A stretch of DNA of 61,795 nucleotides, the filler included, from Bacteroidales bacterium (lineage in GTDB: Bacteria > Bacteroidota > Bacteroidia > Bacteroidales > CAIWKO01): the NCBI GenBank assembly GCA_035389045.1. It is 2 parts of 2 records of this genome, joined end to end, with 100 filler letters (N's around TTAATTAATTAA, not from the genome) between each part and the next. Parts side by side here need not be neighbours in the genome. Positions count along the whole stretch, not along the records: positions 31,179 to 61,795 come from DAOORA010000057.1; 1 more part is not named here. One strand, given 5' to 3'. Both the position numbers and the translations under genes were made by a program. Under the pieces are notes generated by a model. That model made no database searches. It was not told where the DNA came from and saw only the letters and a program-made list of their open reading frames with translations. Shown piece after piece: positions 41,949 to 53,900 of this stretch; the first letter of the stretch is position 1; each line of letters opens with the position of its first letter.

Positions 41949-44900
41949 TTATCGTACTATCATCATTCTGCGTGTTTCCTCAAAAGTTTGCTGAGCGCCC
42001 GCTGCATGCAAACGATAAAAATATACCCCATGTGATAGTTCTTTTCCGTCAATTTGTATCTCGTTCCAGCCCGCAGGTAGTTTATGAAATGAAATCGTTT
42101 TTATTTCAACGCCCTGCATATTTATAACACTCACATCTGCTGATGCTTCCTCAGGTATGTAGAACCTGACCATGGTTGTTTCGGAGAATGGGTTGGGCAC
42201 ATTGTCCTCCAACTTAAACCCGATAAAATTTTCGGTAACATTCAATTGTGCAACTTCAAGCAACAACCCTTTAATTACATACCCTTCCCTATCGGCAATT
42301 TCACATTGTTCTGTCAGTGAGATGCAGATATCCGTTTTCTTTGTCTCCGGCTTAATCTTGCATTTCAAAGTTAACAGCACATTATTTTCAAGCTGCATTC
42401 CGTTTACATCATAGGCTGCCACAGACAGAATTCCGTTGTATACATAATATTCGATCTCGCTTCCATTCAGCAAAACGCCCGTAATATCAATAATATCTTC
42501 AGGAAAACGTATATTAAGTGTAACAGCGCCGGGCAAGATATTCTGATCCACTTTTATCGGCAGATTAAATGTTTCACCTGCAATCAGATTGGCCGATACA
42601 GGCTTGCAGGTAAGCACCGGTGAACCTTCTGCTTTCTTCATATTGTAAATGTTATATGACCCGTTTACATCCCCCATACATAATACCTTAATTAAAACAT
42701 TTTGCTGGTTTGAATTAACCGTAAGAACCTTCATTTCAGACGTCCAGTCTCCTGCAGCAAAAGACGGTATCAATCCGATGGTCCGTCTGAGTATGAGCAG
42801 GGCGTCGGTACTCAGGATGGTATGGCTGTTATTCACATCGGCAGCATTAAGGTTTATACCGCTGAGTGCAGCGAGATTTACAATATGACGTTTTATTAGT
42901 AGGGCATCTGTTGCACTAATTCCGCCATGCATATAAGAAGGCTTCGAATAGAGATAATAAGTACCTTCAGTGATACTGTCGAAATAATAATTTCCGGCAC
43001 CGGAAGTTAACACAGAGTCGATGAGAATATGTGCAGCGTCTTCAAAATAAACCCATTCATTTTGCATAGGAGTCAATAATGAATTACCATATACCACACT
43101 TCCCGTTGTCAGATAGGTTACATGAATATGCACCTTATCGCTTGCACTGCAGGAATGTGCATCGGAAACTGTTAGTGTATACGTAGTAGAACTGACCGGG
43201 CTGGCTAAAGGATTTAATATATCATTATCCGACAAAGAACCCGATGGCGTCCATAAAATCATATAAGGCAGGGTTCCTCCGGAAATGCTTCCGTTCAACA
43301 CAATGGCACTGCCCTGGCCGATAACGGTATCGGTGCCGGCATTTACCGCAGGAAGAGGATTGACAGTCACAGCCAGAAATGATTCGGCGCCATCCTGGCA
43401 TAGATTATGTCCCTTCACTGTTATATTTCCGGAAACTGCTGTATCGCTGTAATTTACAGTAATTGAATTTGTTGAACTTGTACCTGTTGCGCCGGATGGT
43501 AACGACCATATATAAGATACTGCATTGGCTATGACGGGTATCGTGTATGTCACATTATTTTTGCCTTGGCAGACACCGGCCCAACCTGAAATTGTTCCCG
43601 CAGAATCCGGGATAGCCTGAGGAGGTAAGGTTATTGTTATGGTATTGCTTGTGTCGGGGTTGTTTATGACATAAGGCATGTTTGAAGTCATCACACACAG
43701 TACACTGTCGTTATCGGCAGGAGTATAACTGAAGATGTCCCCGTCATTGATTTGATTTTCTTCCTGCATAAGAATGTCATTGACGTACCATTTAAATAAG
43801 GGGTTGCTACCTCCATTTAAGGGCACAGCATTACAAATGATCATGCTGTCCATACATGGATCAAATGAAGCGCATGAAATGCTCACAGAGGCTGAGGGAG
43901 GTGTAAGTGCAACTGCATGAACAAAAAACCGGGCATTTCCGCCGTCTGAAATGATTTGAACGGTATCTTCATAAACTCCGACATCAACAGGTTCAAATGT
44001 CACTTTAAGATATGCCGTATGTCCGGGCACAATAGTAAATGAAGTCTGATCAAAAGTAAATGCGGTGTTGTTATTCGTAATACCGGTAATGATGAGCGTG
44101 TCGCAGCCATAACTGACAACAGGCACAGAATCAGTGACAGAAGCGCCTGCAATGATAACATCCATGAAAAGATCTGTTTCGGGCAACTGTATCTGAGAAG
44201 CTCCTGACAAAACAAGGTGAACAGGAATAACAGCAGCGGAATGAAAAGGATCATTTGACAATACTGTGATTCCGCCATAATGTGAGCCATTGTTCAGACC
44301 TGATGTAATAAAAGATATCTGTACATTGATTGAGTCACCAATCGTCAGGCTGCCGCTTTCCGGAGTCACATTTATGCCTATCCGGTTGATATCTGCTCCG
44401 GAAACTACTCTCGAAACATTAAATAATATTCCGTTCTTACAATGATCAACACTGAAAGCAGTACCTCCGGCCGGCTCATTGAATTCCCATATTCCAAGTA
44501 ATTCCGGCAATGTAGCAATATATGGCTCCTGGTAAAGGTTTGCTATCTCTATCGCTGTACGATATTCACTCCACATACGCACTTCATCCATTTCTCCATA
44601 GAAACGACTGGTAGCATTGTAACCCACTCCAAAACGCACATCGGTTATTGCTGATGGCCAGTAAGAATTATAACTGCCGTTAGTGCTCATATTCCCGTCA
44701 AAATATGTCCAGACCTTATTCTGGGTTATATCCCATGTCACTGCTACATGGTGCCAGTGGCCGGCATCAGCATTTTCGGCAATTGCATATGTTGCATAAT
44801 AATTTCCGAAATCGTTCCCAAATCTCAAATATATATAATTATTATTCTGATAAATATTAATTCCTTTCCAATTACTGTTAAGACCTGATGTAGAAACTAT

Positions 44901-47900
44901 TCCTCTTTGTCCGCTGATGGAATTTGTCTTCATCCAAAATTCAATGCATCCTTTGGGTGGCATCGGGCCAAAATCCCCCAACACAACTTCCGAATTACTG
45001 CCATTAAAGAACAGTGCTTTATCAGCTCCCCGGGTAACATCGCTGTTCCAGTTCAATGTATCGAAACCGGAATTTTTTACCTGCAGTAAACTGTACAATG
45101 TATCATCACAGATACTTGCACTCATGGGAATACTGTCGGGCGTGACGGCCAGCTCGGGACCTGCAGTAATGGTTCCATTGACATACAGCCGCCTGATTTC
45201 ACTATTGTTCAAAACGCTCAAAGTATCGCTGTGGAAACCCAGTGTTAAGGAATAAAAACCGACTGTGATCAGCGCTGAATCATAGGGCATTACAAATGAT
45301 GGGAATGCAGGCGTAAATGCCTGATCTGAATGGTTTATTGCCGTTATTTTCAATGAATCACAACCTGTATTATATATCATAAAGGTATCGGTAGTGGTTG
45401 CTCCTGCATAGATCGTTGGAAAATTTCTGATGCTGTCTTCTATCAGGATTTGTGGCTGTCCGGAAATAGAAAAACACAAAGGCACCAATAGTATTGGTGA
45501 AGCAGGGACATTGGATTCTATGATCAGATTCTGGAAATAATTTCCCGAACTCAGATCACCGTCAAAAAAAGTAATATCAATCTGAGAAGTATCCCCGGGA
45601 ATGGTCATATTTGAGGTATCGCTCAATATCGCCCAGCTTCCGGTTGTCCCATTAATGTTTACTTCATCAATAGCCCAGTTATCATTACCTGATCCACTAT
45701 GAGCTATCTGACGCCATCTGAATAAAGTTTGTACATTCTGAGCAGCAGCAGGAATCGGTATTTGAACAGCAGTAAAACCCGGATAGTTTTCAGAATCAAA
45801 AATCTGAATAACGACCCAGGTGGAACCATTATCAACAGAATACTCCAATACAATATCTTCGCCGGCATCTGCATTGTCACAGGGACTTGTCCCCGTAGCG
45901 ATCATGAGGTGGAAAGAAATAGTTCCGCCGCCTACCGTATTCAATGATTTGGTTATAATCTCCCTTGTTCCGGTCCCGTCAAAATACAATGCACCGGTTC
46001 CTGCAGCTGTTCCGCACCATGCGGCAGAAGTTCCATTCAGAACCTCACTCCAGTCGAAATAATCAATCCCGGCATCAAAATTATCAGACAGTGTCTCTGA
46101 AAAATAATACGAACATAAAAGGGTGTCATTCCCTGTATTGATAACATTTATGGTAGTCACAATGGTGTCGTGACAATTATTTGTACTCACTATGATACTA
46201 TCAGGTGTTAATGCTATCCCGGGAGTTACAATTACGGTCGCACCGGCAAATAAACGCCTGATTCCGCTGTTACTCTGGATCGTTATGGTATCGTGGTATA
46301 TACCCTGTATCAACGAATAAAAATCCGCTATAATCAGGGCAGTATCTCTCGGCATCACAAAGTCGGGATAAATAATCGTAAATGCCGAATCGGTATGGGT
46401 AAGCGATGTAATTTTCAAGGTATCACAACCGGTATTGAATATTTGAAAAGTGTCTGTTGCCGCCTCTCCGGCCATAACCGAAGGGAGATCCCCGATACTG
46501 TCATAGATCATGATTTGCGGATACCCGTTCAAAACAAGCCATGTAGGAATAAATGCATACGGATGTAACGGGTCATTGGTCGTTATTCCTATTGCTGAAA
46601 TATGGGTCCCGCTGTTAAGTATACTGCTCACAAATGTCACCTGCACGGCGCTTGTATCTCCGTCAGCGATCTGCCCGCCGGCAGGCTGAAGGTCAATACC
46701 AGGATCCAATATCCCTGCTTCTGAAGCCACCCTTGTCACATTAATCAAAATACCGGTTTTATCATTATTAAAACTGTAAACAGTATCCCCCGACGGCTCG
46801 TTAAATTCCCAGGCTCCAATCAACCCTGGCGGAGGAGCAAACATACCCAGCCGGAACGAATTGGTTATTTCTTCACCGGAACGATATTCGCTCCACATGC
46901 GGAATCCATCAACCTCACCATTATAATGATAAGTCGTAGAAGAATAATATCCGATACCGAGCCTCACATCAGAAAACGCAGAAGGAAAATAAATATTAGC
47001 ACTTCCGTTTTTCGTAACATTTCCGTCAAAATAGGCCCATACTTTGTTTTGTGAAATATCCCATGTGATTGCAACATGATGCCATTGGCCATAATCAATG
47101 TCATTACTGATCACATAAGAGTTATAATCACCATTATCATCTCCCATGCGTATGTACAAATAATTATAATTCTGATAAATAATCACTCCTCTCCAGGTAC
47201 TGTTAATCCCGGATGAAGAAAAAATTATCTTATTTGCGGCGTTGACATTTGTTTTCATCCAGAATTCGACACAGCCCTGCTCAGGCATAGGCCCGAGGTC
47301 CCCAAAATGAACCTCGCTGTTACTGCCGTTGAATGATAAAGCATTGCCGGCGCCGTGGCTGAAATATGCACTCCAGTTCATGGTATCATTACCCGTATTT
47401 ATGACCTGGAAATTTGAAATGATGGTATCATTACAGCTACCTGTAACCGCAGATAAACTGTCAGGAACCAATAGCAGCTGTGCTGTTGGCAGAATTGTCC
47501 CGCATACATACAAATGCCTTGTTCCGTTATTATTCAGGATAGTGAGTGTGTCACAATGAAGTCCCTGTACTAATGAATAAAACCCGACCGTGATCAGCGC
47601 AGAATCTTTGGGCAGAATGACAGAAGGGTAAACAGGGACAAATGCGGGATCTCCATTATTTACCGCTGATATTTTCAAAGAATCACACCCTGTATTATAA
47701 ATCATAAAAGTCTTTATTGCTGAATCTCCAGCCTCAACAGAAGGGAAAACAGCGACGCTATCCCTGATAAGTATACACGGCAATCCTGTCAGGATAACCT
47801 GCGTGGGAACCACAACAAGATGCTGCAAAGGGTCATCAGTGCTAATCCCTATTACAGAATGATGAGTCCCATTGTTTAAAACACCTGTGACAAATGTCAC

Positions 47901-50900
47901 TACAACACTTGCAGTATCTCCGACAGCCACAGTACCATCTACAGGATCGGCATCAATACCCGGGTTGCTGATTAGCGCTCCTGAACTGACCCGGGTAATA
48001 TTTAATAAAACACCTTTAATACCGGAATTAAAACTATATGCAGTATCACCCGAGGGTTCATTGAATTCCCACAAGCCTGTCAGGCTGGCCGGAGGATCAA
48101 AAATACCTTCATGGTAAAAATCATTGATATCAGCCTCTGAGCGGATTTCGCTCCACAGCCGGAATCCGTCAATCTCTCCGTTAAAACGATAGGTTGAGGT
48201 GGTGTTGTAACATACGCCAAGCCTGACATCCGAAAATGCCAGCGGCCATTCAGGGTTATAGGTGTCATCAACTGCAACATTCCCGTCAAAATATGCCCAG
48301 AGTTTGTTTTGTGGTTTATCCCAGGTAACTGCCACATGGTGCCAGTTGCCAAAATCAACATTATCTGTTATGGTATGAGTGACATAATAATTCCCGGCAT
48401 CATCGCCCACCCTCAAATACAGTATAGTTCCGCTCTGATAAATATTAATTCCTTTATAGGTACCGTTAAGCCCTGATGAACAAAAGACCCTTTTTGTTCC
48501 GGAGTTCACATTGGTTTTCATCCAGAATTCAATACAGCCTTTATCCGGCATAAGCCCGAGGTCACCGAACCGCACCTCACTTGTGCTTCCATTGAATGAC
48601 ACAGATTTTCCGGCACCATCGCTGCAATAAGCGCTCCAGCTCATAGCAGCATTGCCTGTATTTATTATCTGAAGGGCAGTAGAAAGAGTATCCTCGCAAA
48701 TACCTGTGCTCACCGACAGGCTGTCGGGAACAAGCAAAAGGTGCGGCGTCTGCAAAATAGTACCGCTTACATACAGTTGCCGGGGTTCACTGTTATTCAT
48801 AATTATAAGGGTATCGCTATGATAGCCTTGTATCTGTGAAGAAAAAATGACGGTGATTATTCCTGAATCTTTCGGTAGTACAAAAGTTGGAAAACCGGGT
48901 GTGAATGCCGGATCATCATTATTGACCGCTGTTATTTTCAGTGAATCGCAACCGGAATTGAATATTTTAAAAGTGTCTGATACCACTGCTCCGGCCATTA
49001 TTGAAGGGAAGATCTCTGTAGTATCATTAAAAACAATCTGAGGCGCACCGTCCAAAACCAGCTGTAAAGGAATAAAATCAAGCAGATGCAGAGGATCATT
49101 TGTCGTTATTCCGATCAATAAATGGTTAGTGCCGCTGGAATAACCAGCGGTGTTCAGCGTCACGGCAACATGAGCTGTGTCATTAGGCGCCAGCAGACCA
49201 CTGACGGGTAAAGCATCAATACCTGCATCCCTGATACCTGCACCTGATGTTACCCTGCCTGTGTAAAATAAAATACCTTTAATATTTGAATTTAAACTGT
49301 ATACCGTGTCACCGGAAGGTTCATTAAATTCCCATAAACCTGTGAGGCTTACCGGAATATCAAATATTCCTTCACTGTATAAATTCATAATATCGGCAGC
49401 AGAACGACTTTCACTCCATAACCTGAACTCGTCGATCTCTCCGCTAAAATGATTGGCTGTTGTAGCGGCATAACCGACACCCAGCCTCGCATCGGAAAAA
49501 GCGGAAACCCACCGGGGATTATTACTACCGTTTTCATAAACATTTCCGTCAAAATATGTCCAGACTTTGTTTTGAGTTTTATCCCATGTAACCGCCACGT
49601 GATGCCACGTGCCAAACTGGACATTATCCGTGACTGTAAAAAAATAAGAATTTCCGGCATCATCACCCATGCGCAGGTACAGGCCGGCTCCATTCTGAAA
49701 AATATTCACGCCCTTCCAGTTGTTGAACAGACCTGATGATGAAAATACTTTTCTGGAGCCTGTGTTAACATTAGTTTTCATCCAGAATTCCACACTCCCT
49801 TTTTCCGGCATAAGCCCGAGATCCCCGAAATGAACCTCGCTGTTGCTTCCGTTGAATGACAAGGCTTTTCCGGCGCCATCCGTATAATATGCTTCCCATG
49901 TTAACGTATCATTTCCGGCATTAATTATTGTAAAGTCATTAGAAAGCGTATCATCACAAATATTTGTGTTGTTAGATAAACTGCCGGGAACCAAAGTTAA
50001 TTTTGGTGTTGGCAAAATAACGCCGCTCACATACAGGTGTTTTGATTCACTATTATTGAGTATGGTGAGTGTATCTGTATGTAAGCCCTGTGTCAATGAA
50101 GAAAAGCTGACTGTAATCAGTCCCGAATCTCCCGGTATCACAAATGTGGAAAAATCTGCTGAAAATGATGGATCTGTATTATTAACAGCTGTTATCTTCA
50201 AAGAATCACATCCTGTATTAAATATTTTAAACGTATCTGTGATCAGATCACCGGCCAGTATAGAAGGGAAAGCCCTGATGCTATCCGTAAAGAAAACCTG
50301 CGATGTTCCCGATATAACCATCTGTACCGGTACAAAAACATTATGATGTAAAGGGTCATTAGTAGTTAAACCGACCACTGCGTTATGTATTCCGCTGTTA
50401 AAGCCTCCGGTAAAGCAGTTTACCTGAACCACAGCAGTATCTCCTCCGGCTAATATGCCGCTGGCAGGATTGGCATCGGTCTGCGGATCTGTAATCCCTG
50501 CACCCGAACTAACTCTGGTGATATTATATAATACACCTTTTATACCGGAATTTAAACTATAAACCGTATCACCTGACGGTTCATTAAATTCCCACCATCC
50601 TGCCAGGCCTGACAGTGGCACCGATAATCCTTCATGATACAAATCCATTATCTCGGAGGCAGAGCGGTTTTCCTTCCACATACGGAATCCGTCAACCTCC
50701 CCGTTAAAATAATAAGATGCTGATGCACTGTAACCGATGCCAAGTCTAACATCCGAAAACGCAGAAGGCCAATGCGAATTATAATCCCCGTTCACATTCA
50801 CAATTCCGTTAAAATAGGCCCATACTTTATTTTGCGCAACATCCCAGGTGACAGCCACATGATGCCAATGACCATAATCAACGTTATTGGTAATGGTATA

Positions 50901-53900
50901 TGAACCTGAAGCCCCGTTGTCATCTCCTATGCCTAAAAACAGATAACTTCCTGACTGGTAAATGTTTACACCTTTCCAGTTACCGTTAAGTCCCGAAGTT
51001 GAAAACACCCGTCTGGAACCTGAGCCCACATTAGTTTTCATCCAGAATTCGACACAACCTTTTTGGGGCATTTGCCCCATATCTCCGAACCTGACCTCAC
51101 TGGTACTTCCATTGAATGACATTGCTGTCCCTGCATCTTCCCCGCAATATACGTTCCACCTCATCGTATCATTGCCGCTGTTTATCAGCTGAAACGAACC
51201 ATTGACAGTATCTTCACAAACAGCCGTACTCATTGAAATACTGTCGGGGTTCAATGTCAGGTAAGCTGCCGGTAATATGATCCCGCTGACATATAGTTTT
51301 ATCGTTTCACTATTATTCTGGATGATGAGCGTATCATTGTGAATCCCCTGTGCCAAAGAAAAGAATTTTACAACGATCAGGGCTGAATCCCTTCCGGCTA
51401 TACAGGAAGGGTAAACAGGATTAAACGCAGGATCAGTATTATTCACAGCGGTTATTTTCAGGGTATCGCATCCAATATTATAGATCATAAATGATTCTTC
51501 GGCCGATTGTCCGGCCTGTATGGATGGAAAGATTTTAACGCTGTCTTTCACCAGAATCTGCGGAAGTCCCGTGACAATAAAATACAACGGAACCACCATG
51601 ATTGACGTTAAAGGATCATTAGATTCAATTATTAAATTTTGCGTATGAATTCCGGCAGTTAATTGTCCTACGGTAAATATTATTTCAACTGATGATGTAT
51701 CTCCTGCAGCAATGGTGTCCCTTGTCTGGCTTAAAGAAGCCCACTTATTTTCGACGCCGTTAATTTTAAGTTCATCAATGACAGCACCCTCAAATTCCGC
51801 TGACCCATAGGACTCAAACATAAAGCGGAATTTGATATAATCGCCGTTTTCGACATAACTGCTCAGTGGAATTTTCACCGGGTTCCATTCCCCGGTGCCG
51901 GTCAAATCGGCAACTGAATACCACAAACCTCCGTTGACACTAATCTGGGGGGATAAATAATCATTCCAGGTATCCAGATTTAATTTCACCATAAATTGTA
52001 TGCCGAAACTATCTTTATCAGCAATATACAGTGAATCTTTTAATTGAATATATTTTTTCCAGTAGTTTTCATAATTCCCTGAAGGCCCTTCGGTCAATCC
52101 GTATGCCCCGGTGTAACCTTGCGCGACACTCCAATTATCGTCTGAGCTCCAATTATTCAGGCCGTTCTCAAAATTTTCGTACCATTCATGCCTTATCGAA
52201 TAATACAAAGGTTGGAATCCCACATTGACAAGTGACAACCATGATGTCTGTGTTGCAAAACTATCACAGGATGTTATCATTCCGAAAACTGTATCGGGAA
52301 TGGCAGATATCAAAGCAGGAGGCGATAAGGCAAAAAAACCGCTTGACAGGGTGTCGTTTGTATGATCCATATCGCCGGGCAAACCGGTATAAACAGTAAT
52401 GGTATTGTTTAGCACCTCCGGCATCACAGGAGGCAGAATGACATTTGTTTTTTGTTGAGGTAACAACAGCCCGTTCCAGGTATAAGATACCGGCGGTTTA
52501 TCATTTAAAACGTAAGTGATCGGGATCTGATACAAAGTATCATAACCATTGTTTTTTAAGTGAACAATCACACTCTCTGCGGCAGACTGGTATCCGATAT
52601 CATCCGGATTAACAATACTCAACAGCTTTACATCTTTCTGCAATGCGGGTAAAACATTAAAAGTATAATCCTCTGTCTCGCCATAATATAACTGATTGCA
52701 GGGATCGGCAGGCGCTTCATATCCATAGTCTTCTCCCCTTACGCGCATGGTATGAGCACCGGGCAGAGCATAGCCGGGAACAGAGAATTGTGCTGTAATA
52801 GTCAATTCCTCATAAGGATTGTCTTCAGAAATCACTTTTTCCGGATTTTCATAGATTCCGTTATCGTTAAAATCAATCCACACAGCATATGCCAGGGCAT
52901 AACCATAGGATGTAAAAGTCATGAAAATCTGCTCATACTGAAAACCCGATAAAGTATCGGAACTGCTGAAATCAGCATACGACCAGGAAGAACAACCGGT
53001 GCTGTTGTTTATATTGGTTTCTCCACCGCTGGAAGTGATATTGCTGATCCATTCATAATCACAGGCCGCATCTGAAATAGCCGGAACACAATAACAGGAA
53101 ACAAGGTCATTCATTTGTATATGAACAGGATTGGAAAAACCGGTACTCGAATCGCAGGAACAATTAACCGTACAACGATAGTAAGACGGAGCCGGCTGCG
53201 AGGTCATCAGATTATCCGTTGTATCACTTGCAAGATCTGTCCAGTTGACACCATCCTGCGATGATTGCCATTGGTAGGTAATTCCAAATGCATCAACATG
53301 GTACTGCAAGCTTACCGTAAAAGTGTCTGCCGGACAAACAACACTTAAATCAGTAAATGTATTTCCGGGATTGGCAGGCCCTGTACATGGCACAGCGGCA
53401 AGTACTGTAAAAGAATAATCTTCCGTTTCGCCGTAATGCAGCTGATCACAGGGATCGGCAGGCGCTCCGTTACCATAAAAATCACCACGGACACGCATCC
53501 TGTACGTTCCGGGAGAAACGGAAAGGGGGATCATGAAACTATCCGTTACAATTAAATCCCCACCTGGATTGTTGTGTGCAATGACACGCTCCGAAATGTC
53601 GAAAACATAGTCATTGTTAAGGTCTATCCATACAGAAAATGCCATGGCATAACCAGCAGATTCAAATGTTAAAGCGGTATACGACAACTGTGTATTTGAT
53701 AAAGTGTCGGTGCAGCTGAAATCGAAATAGGAAGAACCGGCACAGCCAGAATCGTGATTTAAATCAGATATCCCGCCACTTGACGTTATTTTGGATATCC
53801 ACATCTGGCAAGCATTATCAAACGAAGGAATTGGAGAACAATAACCAGAATTATCCTGATAAACAGATAACAATGAGTAAAAATTACAATTAATAAAGGT

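Noticed and set aside
44200..51560. Diversity-generating retroelement explanation for the LamG repeats
   Set aside because: Differences between copies are not adenine-specific, all copies are in-frame coding, and there is no reverse transcriptase.
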